Shown: one piece after another, positions 1-12,534 of the stretch
Layout: every line of letters starts with the position of its first letter
Numbering within the stretch: the first letter of the stretch is position 1
Assembly: GCF_006345805.1 (NCBI RefSeq)
Contig: NW_021833860.1
Coordinates: 1 to 53,746 of the forward strand
Direction: 5' to 3'
DNA length: 53,746 bases
Source of the DNA: Octopus sinensis
Taxonomy: Eukaryota
Program-made: the position numbers and the translations under genes
The notes under the pieces: model-generated
Seen by the model: the letters and a program-made list of their open reading frames with translations, nothing else
Databases searched by the model: none
What the model was told of the DNA's origin: nothing

Positions 1-274
1 TTGGGGGTCATTAAAGGCTTAAAACAATGTGAGGCGCATTGTGATCAGCGATGTGTAGCAACATCTGATAGCCTGGTCGGTCACGGTGTGATCACGGTGA
101 TAGGTAATGCATATAATACATAGAGTCAGGACTATTGAAAAGGTTGCAAGACGCCACAAAAATTTTAGGAAAATAAAAATAAGAAATAAGTGGAACTTTT
201 ACCGGTGCGTGTGTTAAATTATAAGGCACAAAAAATGACTCTCCCCAGACACAACAGCATATATACATATATAT

Positions 275-505
275 ATTTCTTTACTACCCACAACGGGCTA
301 AACACAGAGTGGACAGACAAGGACAGACAAAGGGATTAAGTCGATTACCTCGACCCCAGTGCGTAACTGGTACTTAATTTATCGACCCCGAATGGATGAA
401 AGGCAAAGTCGACCTCGGCGGAATTTGTACTCGGAACATAACGACAGACGAAATACGGTTACGCTTTTCGCCCGGCGTGCTAACGTTTCTGCCAGCTCGC
501 CGCCT
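275..505 (-). mobile_element. tRNA-derived SINE, family B (Deu/Nin-like central domain), tail variant B2
   Basis: The minus strand starts AGGCGGCGAGCTGGCAGAAACGTTAGCACGCCGGGCG, has a box-B-like GAGTACAAATTCCGCC, then GCCTTTCATCCATTCGGGGTCGATAAATTAAGTACCAG. About 10 related copies occur in the window. Confidence 0.9.
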
Positions 506-571
506 TATTATACATATTTATGTGTGTGTGTGTTGTGTGTGTGTGGTGTGTGTGTGTGGTGTGTGTATGTG

Positions 572-611
<40 letters not shown>

Positions 612-1247
612 TATTATATTTATCTCCAATTTCTTAGAAATATACTCCCCAATTATATACTTTAATTTGACAATAGTCCACCATTTTAAAAATTTTATTT
701 CATTTTATTTTAATGCTTATTTTATTTCATTTTTATATTCAATTGTCATCTCATTTTCCCCGTTATCCTTCTTTTCAGTTATCTCCCCCTCGCTCCTCCA
801 ACTCTGTTTCCTGCTCCTTGATTCTATTGAGACAACGCAGGTGAATATATTTGTCTTTCTCTCTAAAAGCCTCTAAAACCTACAGATGTCACGTAGGAAA
901 TCACACGTATGCAATTGCAACGGTTACTAATCGATGCAGTAGAAACACGTGTAGGTCTGTCTGAAGCTGTATATAAAGGAATTAAAGGTAATGCTATGTC
1001 GTAATAATCCTTCTTTTTATTATTATTGATATATTATATATATATACACACACACATAACATTTCTTAGTGCTAAGACCATAGCGGATCTATTTCTAGCA
1101 TAAGGGTGTCCACATAGTGGTTTCCCTCTAATATGCATTTAATACAAGTTTACTGAACCTTCAGTTTTTTTTATATGCTAGACTACTGGTGTGAAATCGA
1201 TGTTAATTAAATTAATATCTAATTTCCCACCCTCATTTTAAATTTAA

Positions 1248-1304
<57 letters not shown>

Positions 1305-1769
1305 CACTCACACACACACGACACACACTCACATCATCACCCATACACAGACACATTCGCAAACTCACACGAAAATATGCCTAGTTAAATGTATATACGT
1401 ATGCATATAAGCAAGATGAGTCGGGTGGAAAAGGGTATTTTCTCAAGTTGCCACATCGAATCCGAGACTTCAGACTTACGAAGTGAAATTCTGAACCATT
1501 TAGCGATATTGTAGCAACATACACAGTCGCTCACATAAACACACATATATATACAACCACGCATATAAATATATATGTACACATATGTATAGTTTATAAT
1601 CTTTTTTCGAAACATGAGCCCTCGAGCCTTATCACATAGAGCTATGAATTTACAAGGTAAGGATGGCATTCGTTCACAATTTTCATCTGCTAATCTTACA
1701 CAATTTTTTTTATTTTCGTTTTCGGTTTTACTCCTCTTAAAAACAATAACCATTTTTTTATTTATGTTT

Positions 1770-2940
1770 TTGCAGAATTATTGACTGTGGCAAAATTTGA
1801 ACCATCCAATTTGTGGATGTGGCATGAAGTACCCCTAGGAATCCGCGCCGGTAGGACAAACAAAGAGATTTCAGACTTTCTCAACGTCAGAGGCAGGATG
1901 ATGGAAAAGGTCAGAGAAGAGTGGGAAGATTCAGGTTTCGACTGCGACGCGGCAACAGAAAGGAAAACCCATGATCGACGATCTAACGTCATCAGAACGC
2001 CAGAATTCTTCACTGAAATCCAGATCCACAACAACAAGTCCAGGAAGTTGATGCGTGCCATTACACGGGGGAAAGGCGTGAATGAAAGGCTCACCAGGTA
2101 GGTGATGTATGAGGACATTCGCTACATCTCATGCAAAAGGGGGGAGGGACAATTTCTGTCTAAAGTGATGCAGGAAAAACAACTGAATTATACCAAGAAG
2201 CTGATTAAAAAGTTGAAACAACTGCTAGACGTAGACATGCTGTGGTTCATCTCCGATTAGAAGAATTTCTGCTGAGGCCAGAAGATCAACTACCAAAACA
2301 AGTAGCTCGCTGTCTCACCGAAGCATGTGTCAAGAGTCATGCAGACGAAATTTTCCCCGGCAATAATGAGCTTCGGTGTTAGCAGTAGGGAAGGGAATAT
2401 CATGTCCCACTTCTTTCCTGAGATCCTCAGACCGAACATCGATGTCTACATCCGTATTCTGAGTGACGTGATGAATACCTGGATCGATCGGTTAGCAGCA
2501 GAGAGACCGTACGTAAGGCAGCAAAACTCCGCGCCCTGCCACACCAGTCGGAGGAGTCAAGCCTGGCAGTCGGAGAATTTCTGCGATCACACAACAGTTG
2601 ATATTTGAATTCCCAACTCACCTAACTACAACTCACGATACTCCTTTGTGAGGGATGCTGTGGAACAAGAGACCAACAAATCCAGCTGCAACAAGAAGGA
2701 CGAGAAGAGGGCAAGGATTAACAAGTCCTTTAGGGTCCTAGAATGGGAGATAGTGACGAAAATGTGTGGCCGGTTCAAAGGTTGCCTGGAGGCTTTCATC
2801 GACGTCAAAGGCTGGTCCATAAGGTTAGGTCAACAGAAAATGTCCTAAAGACAAACTTACCCAAATTTGACGAATGTATCTCAAAATATAAAAACAGTTT
2901 TTATTTTCCTTAGAAAGACATCATACGAATATGGTCTGCC

Positions 2941-2945
<5 letters not shown>
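1770..2945 (+). pseudogene. Decayed Tc1/mariner-superfamily transposase, maT (DD37D)-like
   Basis: Co-linear broken ORFs 1781-2101, 2327-2608 and 2648-2848, with motifs WFISD*KNF (SDEKNF), QQNSAPCHTS (QQDSAPCH), a degenerate PNSP..N..DY block and a C-terminal CGRFKGCLEAFIDVKG. Stops and frameshifts present; no 5' TIR found. Confidence 0.85.
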
Positions 2946-2977
<32 letters not shown>

Positions 2978-3008
2978 TATATTATATATATATATATACT
3001 TTCATACA

Positions 3009-3040
<32 letters not shown>

Positions 3041-3086
3041 CATACATACATACATACATACATACATACATACATACATACATACA

Positions 3087-3118
<32 letters not shown>

Positions 3119-3157
3119 GACATACATACATATAGAGGTACATGCATTATATACATC

Positions 3158-3730
3158 TATTCGGGGGTAAGTCCAAAATTGCATGCAATCTTATTGATGT
3201 AATTTTTATGAAAGCCAAATCAAGGGCTGAACAACACTTTTTCGACATAGTCTTCTTGCTTTTCGATGCATTTCTTCCAGCAGTCCACAAGTTTGTTTAT
3301 TCCATGAGAGAAGAAGATTTTCGGCAGTTGCGTAGCTATTTAAGCGCCTCTTCCTGTGGTTCTTTGTCCGTAGCAAATCAACGAACTCGTAAAGTATGTT
3401 TGAGAGATTAGAAGAGGTGAGGTCAGGACTGTGTGCTGGATTTTCCAGCAAGAGGAAACCCACTTTTTCATGGTTTGAACGTTGTGGACGACCGAAAGTT
3501 GGTATGCATTGTCAGGCAACAATGCCACTAAATTTGACAATAGACCTCGGTGTTTGGTGTGAATTGTTGGTTTCAGTTTGTTGGTCAACATTTCACTGTA
3601 GTCTACGCTGGTGATTATTGTCCATTATTCTAGGTAATGTCCCCTCATAGTTCTGTTTGCGTCACCGAAACAATTAGCTTCACTTTTTCTGCAGAAGCTT
3701 GAGTTTTCAATTTCTTTATGATGGATGGTT
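3158..3730 (-). pseudogene. Decayed mariner (DD34D-type) transposase, 3' half
   Basis: Minus-strand frames give LLPDNAYQ (LHDNARPH-like) and NPAHSPDLTSS (HPAYSPDLAPSD-like), followed by a C-terminus resembling the mariner end. Confidence 0.8.
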
Positions 3731-4154
<424 letters not shown>

Positions 4155-4719
4155 CTCTGACGGATGACAGATGGATTGATGGATAATTGCCGACATGTAC
4201 ACATATCTATCGTCTTGTTTGTCAGCAAATTGTGTAAACGGTTGTCTGTACTCTACGCATGCAATTTATATTTGTGTTTATATAACACAAATATTGAAAT
4301 GAAATTCAAATGGGAGTAAAAATATTAACAACATTTAAATGTTATGTCAGCTATTAACATGAGATTTAATAATGAATACGTTGCGCAGAAGTCACTTCAG
4401 ATAGGAGACATACATATATTACAATTGATTAACATATATCTGTGTCTGGGTGTGTATGTGTGTCTGTGTGTGTGTTCCGATGTGTGTCAATGTATATGAT
4501 CAGCTTTTACTTTCTACCATTATAAACATAGCGAATTCAATGCAGTCTGTGTTGGGTGCTTAAGTGCATGTCACACCTGCACCACAGTACTACGATCTCA
4601 TTGCTCACCCATGCTCTATCTTACGGTAAACAATGAAGGAGTTTCTGCTTCAATACGCGGCCGTTCACCCCTCCTAAACATAAAGAATAACTCGCCATGA
4701 AAAAAAAAAAAACTGTCTT

Positions 4720-4914
4720 ACAGAAATATTCATAAGAGCATGTCGTTTTGGGTTCAATCCGATTGCGCGGCACCTTGTGCAATTGTCTTTAACCATCGCT
4801 CAGGGCCGACCAAAACATTAGGAATGAAAATTTAGTTGACGGAAACTATGTGGAAGCTCGTTTTCTATATATATATATATTTATTATTTATATATTATAT
4901 ATATAAAGCTCGCT

Positions 4915-4959
<45 letters not shown>

Positions 4960-4967
4960 GTGTGTGT

Positions 4968-5008
<41 letters not shown>

Positions 5009-5235
5009 GTAATGTATGTGTATTTGTGCATGTGTGTATCTGTGTTTCTCGTCACCGTCATCGCTTATCAACTGTTCTTGGTTTGTTTACGTTCTCATGA
5101 CTTAGCAGTTCAGAACAGCTAACAAATCTTTTTCGAAAATATATAGAATTAGCTGGTTTTGATTTGTTCGAGAAAAGCATTCAAGGGGGGTGCCCCAGCA
5201 TGGCCGCTGTCCAGTAGCTTCAAACGAGTAAAATA
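4720..5235 (+). mobile_element. Degenerate SINE family A with internal (TA)n/(TG)n expansion
   Basis: GGGTTCAATCC, GGCACCTTGTGCAATTGTCTT and the tail GGTGCCCCAGCATGGCCGC match the intact copy at 49891-50300. Confidence 0.75.
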
Positions 5236-5400
5236 TATAAAATATGTCAACCTGATGGTCGTTCATGGCTGGACTACCTTCGACGTGGCCTGTTCGGCCA
5301 ATACAAAAGCTATGATTATTTACACAAATAGGTTATAAATATACCTAAATATACATATACATACCATAAATTCAGCGGTTCGGCAAAAAAGACCGATGGA

Positions 5401-5481
5401 ATGTCAGCTATTAATGTCTCCTATGTGAAGTGACTTCTGTGCAACATATTTATTATAAAGATTCGTGTTAATAGTCGACAT
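5401..5481. mobile_element. 81-bp mini-MITE inserted in a SINE A tail fragment; partial inverted copy at 4344-4411
   Basis: Termini ATGTCAGCTATTAA and TTAATAGTCGACAT form an imperfect 14-bp inverted repeat. The interior is the reverse complement of 4344-4411. Confidence 0.6.
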
Positions 5482-5773
5482 AAGAGACCAGGTTTAACAA
5501 AAATATGTACTAGAGTCGGTTAAACATTCAAAGCAGTCGTCCAGTATGACCGCAGTCTACTTACTAAAACAGGTAAAAGATAAAAGACTATACTAATATA
5601 TATATATATATATATATATATTTAAGTAGTTGAATGAATTATCCTAGTATGGATAATTCGGTTAACCGATACCCGGGTAGAAAATTCACGTCAGAAAACA
5701 CGGTTGAAGCTACATGCCAAGGGCAGAGATCACGTGCTTTCGTGTGGAAATTCCTGTGTTTTTTTTACTATAA

Positions 5774-6114
5774 ATAAATGAAAGAATGGAGTTGAACGAC
5801 GATTTAACAAAATTCCTTTATTCTCGACATATGTTTCGAAGACTGCATATTCCTAATTCCGAAGGAATAAAGGGTGCATTATGCCGCCTTATCATCCATA
5901 GTGATAATAGATTATCACTATGGACTCCGTGTGGGCAGTCATCTAAAAGTTTTTGTTCGTCATGATGCTGACATAAGCTCCTTGTCTTTCCTGATGATAA
6001 GGCGGCATAATGCACCCTTATTCCTTCGGAATTAGGAATATGCAGTCTTCGAAACATATGTCGAGAATAAAGGAATTTTGTTAAATCGTCGTTCAACTCC
6101 ATTCTTTCATTTAT
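5774..6114. repeat. Long inverted repeat (arms ~5774-5896 and ~5993-6114), Penelope-like terminal repeat
   Basis: Arms of ~122 bp are reverse complements with a single 1-nt indel; spacer ~96 bp; contains a hammerhead motif. Confidence 0.9.
5986..6067 (+). ncRNA. Type I hammerhead ribozyme, intact core
   Basis: Stem I TTTC/GAGA; CTGATGA at 5991-5997; long stem II AAGGCGGCATA/TATGCAGTCTT with an inner TATTCCT/AGGAATA hairpin; GAAAC at 6051-6055; palindromic stem III ACATATGT; GTC triplet ending at 6062. Confidence 0.8.
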
Positions 6115-6134
6115 ATATATATATATATATATAT

Positions 6135-6216
<82 letters not shown>

Positions 6217-6245
6217 GTTTGTGTGTAAGTATGTATGCATGTGTG

Positions 6246-6351
6246 TAGGCGCAGGAGTGGCTGCGTGATAAGTAGTTTGCTTACCAACCACATGGTTCCG
6301 GGTTTAGACCCACTGAGTGGCACCTTGGGCTGCTAGAGCCTCGGGTTGACC
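6246..6351 (+). mobile_element. SINE family A, 5' fragment
   Basis: Head AGGCGCAGGAGTGGCTGCGTGATAAG...GGTTCCGGGTTTAGACCC. Confidence 0.85.
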
Positions 6352-6770
6352 ATATATATATGGCACACGAGGCGCCTACCTGCAAGGAATAGGAGTTCAA
6401 ACCCCAGGTAAACCACCAATAACACTGAAAAATACAACAGGAAACAACACTATACCTATATTTTTGTTGTTATTATCAACTATTATAATATTATTTATAT
6501 TTGCCGCTGATGATAATAACAATAATAATATCTGTATAAATATTCACATCTGAATATTTACTCCTTTACCTTATTTATATTGATAAACCCTCTAATATCT
6601 CTAATTTATTCATCTCTCACTAAAATTCTATTTACCTACTCCATCTTACTTCCAACTAACGTGTAAATCTGTCGCCTCCACACATGAAAATACAAATCAT
6701 AAATAGTACCATTCAGTACTATAATGAATCCATGAACAAGCATATAAATATGTATTGGTAAACTTTTGCT

Positions 6771-6850
6771 CCCCCTGAAAATATTATATTCAGAAATATG
6801 AACTTAATATTTAATTATTTCATTGTATGTAATTGAAACAGCTGTAAGGT
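6771..6850 (+). ncRNA. Decayed hammerhead motif (GAAACAGCTGTA family)
   Basis: GAAACAGCTGTAAGG at 6835-6849 (palindromic stem III plus GTA); upstream core mutated to CTGAAAA. Confidence 0.4.
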
Positions 6851-7192
6851 ATGATGTTCGAATTGTTGTTAACAATAAATTCGTATTATCTTCGCAATCT
6901 CCATTTTCTTCTTCTTCCTTTATATGACTATAAACTACAGGTTTCTATATACATACCTATTATTTTAAAGAAATCAATTCCAACCCCCGCCCCACCAAAT
7001 ATTAAGTATTGAACCAGTATTTCTTTGGATGACAGTATCCATTCCTGAGGCTAACATAACCTCTGATCGAACTTTGTGTGTGTGTGTGTCTGTGTGTGTG
7101 TGTGTGTGTCTGTGTGTGTGTCTGTGTGTGTGTCTGTGTGTGTGTCTGTGTGTGTGTCTGTGTGTGTGCGCGCGTGTGTATACATACATTCA

Positions 7193-7886
7193 TTCCAATG
7201 AAGGAGCCTTGGATCTAGGTTAGAAACCGGTTCTTTCTCTACTGACAAGAAATCTTGAAATAAACTGAATAATGACATATATACATTAATACATACATAC
7301 GTAACACACTGCCTAAATACCAATCTTGAGAAATTACGCTTCTCAAAACCAGAAAAGAGAAAGCTAATTCGAAGACTAAGATCCAATCCACCACTGGGAC
7401 TGTAAAAATCTTTAAAACTTTGCAGAAGTTTATCATTTAAATATATATGAGCATGTTGAGATATACAAGTATATGCGAGTATATGTATGAGAACACATAT
7501 ATAAAGCAAAACATACACATCTGCACATATACATACACACATGCATGCATGCATACATACATACATATATACATACAAACATACATTCATACATTCATGC
7601 ATACACACATACATACATGCATGCATACATACATGCCTATATACATACATGCATGCATACATATGCATGCGTGCATGCATACATGCACGCATATATACAT
7701 ATATAAATGCATGCATGCATGCATACATACATGCATAAATATATACATACATACATACATACATACATACATACATACATACAAAAATACCCTGTTGTTG
7801 ATGTTGAAATTCCAATGAAGGAGTCTGGGATCTAGGTTAGAAACCGGCCCCTTCTCTATTGGCAAGAAATAAAACTGATCAATGAC
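7193..7886 (+). mobile_element. RLE-type non-LTR retrotransposon 3' fragments embedded in (TACA)n (tail, ORF end plus UTR, tail)
   Basis: 7300-7435 matches the RLE C-terminus at 20030-20160. The ~100-bp tail TTCCAATGAAGGAG...GAAATAAA(A)CTGA...AATGACATAC occurs at 7193-7276 and 7781-7886. Confidence 0.8.
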
Positions 7887-8013
7887 ATACAAATATACGT
7901 ATGTGTATATATATATGAGCCCTGTTTCCTCGGCCCTTTTTCCTTTAGGCTTCCCTCTAAACCTTACTCTAGTAATAGTATAAGGCTCTCTACTATATCT
8001 TTAATTCATCTTC

Positions 8014-8090
8014 TCTCTGATGATGGAATGAATCACTACTAAATGTAAAGGGACTTTTCATTTGCATCTATTCTTCAAACAACTGGAAGA
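8014..8090 (+). ncRNA. Decayed hammerhead motif
   Basis: CTGATGA at 8017-8023, followed ~50 nt later by CAAACAACTGGAAGA, a degenerate GAAACAGCTGTAAGA. Confidence 0.35.
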
Positions 8091-8369
8091 TGCTACGTAC
8101 ACACCACCCCATTTCCTTTTTTCCAAATGATCTAAAAAACATATATAAATGCCATGATCTCACCCATTACCAATTCTTTGCATGTTTATTCTTTTATTCT
8201 GATATACTCGTAGCTGCTCAACTGCAAAACCGCCTCCAGCCAATTGTCTTTCCGCTGTGACTTCCTTACTGCTTGTTACAGCTAGAGTTGGAGATTTAGG
8301 CAGCACGTCAAACTGAGCACTGATTGGATGTACCTATTATCTTACTACATCTGACATTTTACCTGAATT

Positions 8370-8930
8370 ATATATGTATGTGTGAACGTGTGTGTATGTG
8401 TGTATGTGTGTGGTTTTGCGTTTCTGTGTATGTGTATTTCTGTGTGTATACATATGTTTGTGTTTGTGTGTGCGCTTGCGTGTGTTTGTGTATGCGTGTG
8501 TGTGTATTTGTGTGTGTATGTGTGTATTTGTGTGTTTGTGTGTTTGTGTGTGTGCGTGTTTGTGTCTTTTTGTGTATGTGTATTTCTGTGTGTATATATA
8601 TGCTTGTGTTTATGTATGCGTCTGCGTGTGCTTGTGTATGCGTGTGTTTATGTATGCGTCTGCGTGTGCTTGTGTATGCGTGTGTTTATGTATGCGTCTG
8701 CGTGTGCTTGTGTATGCGTGTGTTTCTGCGTGTGTGTGTGTGCGTCTGTGTGTATGTGCGTGTTTGTATGTGTGCTTGTGTGTTTATCTCTATGTGTGTT
8801 TGCGTGTGTGTGTGTCTAAGTCTGTGTGTATGTGTGCGTTTGTGTATGGGCGTGCGTGTGTGTGTTTGTATGTATGTTTGTGTGTGTGTGTGCTTGTGTG
8901 TTTGCGCGCGCGCATGTGTGTGTGTGTCCT
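8370..8930. repeat. Complex TG-rich tract containing a 38-bp higher-order unit
   Basis: GTGTTTATGTATGCGTCTGCGTGTGCTTGTGTATGCGT repeats at 8606, 8644 and 8682. Confidence 0.9.
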
Positions 8931-9262
8931 TCAGCATAGACATCAGCAAGATCATGTTAACGCTGTTATGATGTGTTCCCTCTAAAATAAACCCAAGTCG
9001 GAACTACGACTAAGGCTTTCCAACCGTGACCATTGCAACTTTCGTCCAAACTAAAATATATCCACGCCTACTTTACTCAATGTTTACTTATTTTATTTAA
9101 ATCTGATTGGAGTAAGATTTCGCTGCTATTTCTGTCAGGCTGCGCATCAATATCTCTCCATATTTATACGTGAATGTGTATAAGTAGCAATAACGTGTTA
9201 AAACAGTGGTTCCCAACATTTTCACTACCAAAGACCCCTTTTATTTAAATGAGTTTTCCCAC

Positions 9263-9332
9263 TGACCCCTTTTAATATGCATGTCCTTATGTATATATAT
9301 ATACATAAGGACATGCATATTAAAAGGGGTCA
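9263..9332. repeat. 70-bp perfect palindrome centred on a (TA)n tract
   Basis: TGACCCCTTTTAATATGCATGTCCTTATG-(TA)6-CATAAGGACATGCATATTAAAAGGGGTCA. Confidence 0.95.
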
Positions 9333-9345
9333 TATATATATATAT

Positions 9346-9731
9346 GGAGGCGCAATGCCCCAGTGGTTAGGGCAGCGGACTCGCGGTCGTAGGATCGCGG
9401 TTTCGATTCCCAGACCGGGCGTTGTGAGTGTTTATTGAGCGAAAACACCTAAAGCTCCACGAGGCTCCGGCAGGGATGGTGGTGATCCCTGCTGTACTCA
9501 TTCACCACAACTTTCTCTCACTCTTTCTTCCTGTTTCTGTTGTACCTGTATTTCAAAGGGCCGGCCTTGTCACTCTCTGTGTCACACTGAATATCCCCGA
9601 GAACTACGTTAAGGGTACACGTGTCTGTGGAGTGCTCAGCCACTTACACGTTAATTTCACGAGCAGGCTGTTCCGTTGATCGGATCAACCGGAACCCTCG
9701 TCGTCGTAACCGACGGAGTGCTTCCATTCCC
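9346..9731 (+). mobile_element. Young tRNA-derived SINE family C inserted in (TA)n
   Basis: Box A/B head GGAGGCGCAATGCCCAGTGGTTAGGGCAGCGG...GGTTTCGATTCCC; nearly identical to 44425-44814. Confidence 0.92.
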
Positions 9732-9762
<31 letters not shown>

Positions 9763-9899
9763 TGAAACTTTGAATTTAGCTTACGGTCTCAGTACTACCT
9801 TTTTACGGACGACTAGGGTTCCGCGGGCCACAGGTTGGGAACCACTGTTTAACTAAATGAGAAGGACTTGTTCCTCAAAACATAGTTATGTAATAAGTT

Positions 9900-10530
9900 T
9901 TTCTGCTGCTACAGGCACAAAATCTTTGGTAGGAGAGTAAGGCGATAATATCAACCCCAGTATTTAACTGCTATTTATTTTCTCCACCCCCTCCCCACCG
10001 AAAGGACGAAAAGCAACGTCTACGTCGGAGGAATTTCAACACAAAACCTAAAGAGACGGCAGAAATACTGCAAAGCGTTCTTCCCCGGCACAGTAACCAT
10101 TCTGTCAGATCGATGCTTTAAGAAATTTATAAAGTAGTTTTCTACTCTAGGAAGAAGGCTCGAAATTTTTGAAGAAGCCAGTCGATTAGATCGACTCCAG
10201 TACGCAACTGGTATTTAATTTATCGACCCTGAAAAAATGAAAGGCAAAGTCGAACTCGGCGGAAATTGAACTCAGAAAGTAAAGATAGACGAAATACCTA
10301 TTCCTTTACTACCCACAAGGGGCTAAACACAGAAAGGACAAACAAGGGCAGACAAACGGATTAAGTCGATTACATCGACTCCAGTACGTAACTGGTACTT
10401 AATTTATCGACCCTGAAAGGATGAAAGGCAAAGTCGACCTCGGCGGAATTTGAACTCAGAATGTAACGGCAGACGAAATACCGCAAAGCGTTTCGCTCGG
10501 CGTGCTGACGATTCTGCCAGCACGCCGCCC
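9900..10530 (-). mobile_element. SINE family B cluster: a degenerate monomer plus a dimeric copy (10138-10530)
   Basis: Two Deu/Nin-like cores joined at GACGAAATACCTATTCCTTTACTACCCAC. Confidence 0.88.
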
Positions 10531-11085
10531 TGAAAGTTATGAAGAAATTGACACAGAATACGTGAAGAACGTCGGTGACGTATTCAGTTAGAAAATGAGG
10601 ATGAGGAGGAAGAAGAGGAGGAGGAGAGATACGGTAGATATAGCTGGGCCCTTATGTAAGAACATTATGCCACACTTGACCAATCAGGCATCTTCTATAT
10701 GGTTGTCTGACCAGTTAGAAACCATAGCCAAATGTCCCGAAAAATATTTGCGCAATAAAATATAAGGCATAGTCAAATACTGAATGCTTTTGATCCCGGT
10801 TCTGCTCGATTGGAGTTGACGTAGGGTTGAACAACAGCAGCAAGAACAACAGCAACAAACAACAATGATAACAACAACAACAACCACAACAACAATAACA
10901 ATGCAAATAGAATATTTTTTTAAAAAATAATAAATACATTAAATTCACGCTTGAATTATGTCGAAGACAAATTAACGGCGAACGTCATTGCTTGACAAAC
11001 AAAAGAAATGAAACGGCGGAACACGACGGCAACAGATGTTACACTCACACACACACACATACATATATATATTTATATATCTATA

Positions 11086-11226
<141 letters not shown>

Positions 11227-11249
11227 TTATTTATTTATATATATAAATC

Positions 11250-11942
11250 CTTAAATCGTTAAAAATGTTTTAGCCCGAAGGCCGCGGCCATGCTGGGGCA
11301 CCACCGCTGAATGAGCTACACTAGTTTGTGAATCCACCTCTGATACGTGGCACTTGATCAACAAGGGAGTTCGATGCTGCTGCCCGCATCCGTGTCTCCT
11401 GTCGTGAGGTAGGTTCATCTGGGACTCCCAACAAGAAGAGATCCAGTTTAGTTTTAAAGAAACCCACATCCACACCATGTAAGTCTCTCAGGCATTTAGG
11501 GAGGATGTTAAAGAGCTGTGGTCCTCTGAAACCCAAGCTGTTGCAGTATCTGGACCTGTATTTTGATGGTGATGTTGGAATCCTTGGCACCACGCAGCGG
11601 CGCCCCGTTCTGCGGTTGGAGTAACTTTGAATGCCAAAGTTTGGGACAAGACCCTCCAAGATTTTCCAGATGTATATCACTGCATATCTCTCCCGCCTCC
11701 GCTCCAGGGAGAAGAGGTTTAATACCTTCAGTCTTTCCCAGTAGCTGACATTTTGCATTGAGACGATTTTCTTTGTGTAGCTTCTCTGAGTTGCTTCGAG
11801 TTCTGCTGTTTGTTTTATATTGTGTGGTGACCAAGTTGGGAGCAGTAGTCCAAGCGGCTGAGGACAAATGTTTTCCATAGGACCATCAGTGTCTCCTTCT
11901 CTCTTGTTCTGAAAGTTCGGAGAATCCATCCAGCTAGCCGTC

Positions 11943-11945
<3 letters not shown>
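11250..11945 (-). mobile_element. CR1/L2-group LINE, RT C-terminus and 3' UTR (5'-truncated)
   Basis: ORF 11321-11947 contains WSPHNIKQTAELEATQRSYTKKI, SYWERLKVLNLFSLERRRERY, GPQLFNILP and VPDEP...SNSL, typical of CR1/L2-group ORF2 ends. Confidence 0.9.
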
Positions 11946-12007
<62 letters not shown>

Positions 12008-12244
12008 GGTTGTTGGTTGTAACCTAATTAGGGAATGGTTACATTACAAAACAATCTATGGACAACAGCAACAGAACCTGAATTACTAATTACTAGACTT
12101 CTTTTTTCAACTCTTCTTCTCAATTAGACTATTGATTATTTTGTAATTTATTTATTTAGAAATCTATTGTTTTCGTCTGTATACACATATTTGTGTGAGC
12201 ATTCATGCATATATATATATAACACGTGTGGGTGTGTGTATGCG

Positions 12245-12275
<31 letters not shown>

Positions 12276-12277
12276 AT

Positions 12278-12308
<31 letters not shown>

Positions 12309-12341
12309 ATATGAATGTGTCTATATTTGTATGTGCATGTA

Positions 12342-12478
12342 CGTAGGAGTGGTTGTGTAGTAAGCAGCTTGCTTTTCAACCACATGTGTGGCTCTTTGGG
12401 CAAGTGTCTATAGATTCGGTCGGACCGACCAAAGCCCAGTAAGCGAATTTGGTAGATGGAAACTGAAAGAAGCCCGTC

Positions 12479-12480
<2 letters not shown>
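12342..12480 (+). mobile_element. SINE family A, 5' half with internal deletion
   Basis: GTAGGAGTGGTTGTGTAGTAAG...TTTGGGCAAGTGTCT...GGAAACTGAAAGAAGCCCGTCG. Confidence 0.85.

Positions 12481-12534
<54 letters not shown>

Larger units (their letters stand above)
9204..9847. mobile_element. hAT (Charlie-like) MITE containing a palindrome and a nested SINE
   Basis: Perfect 14-bp TIRs CAGTGGTTCCCAAC (9204-9217) and GTTGGGAACCACTG (9834-9847); no clean 8-bp TSD. Confidence 0.8.

Noticed and set aside
9346-9420. tRNA-like heads (also 13620-13692, 44425-44500, 53426-53500) as true tRNA genes
   Set aside because: They have box A/B but no complete cloverleaf or acceptor stem, and they continue into SINE bodies.
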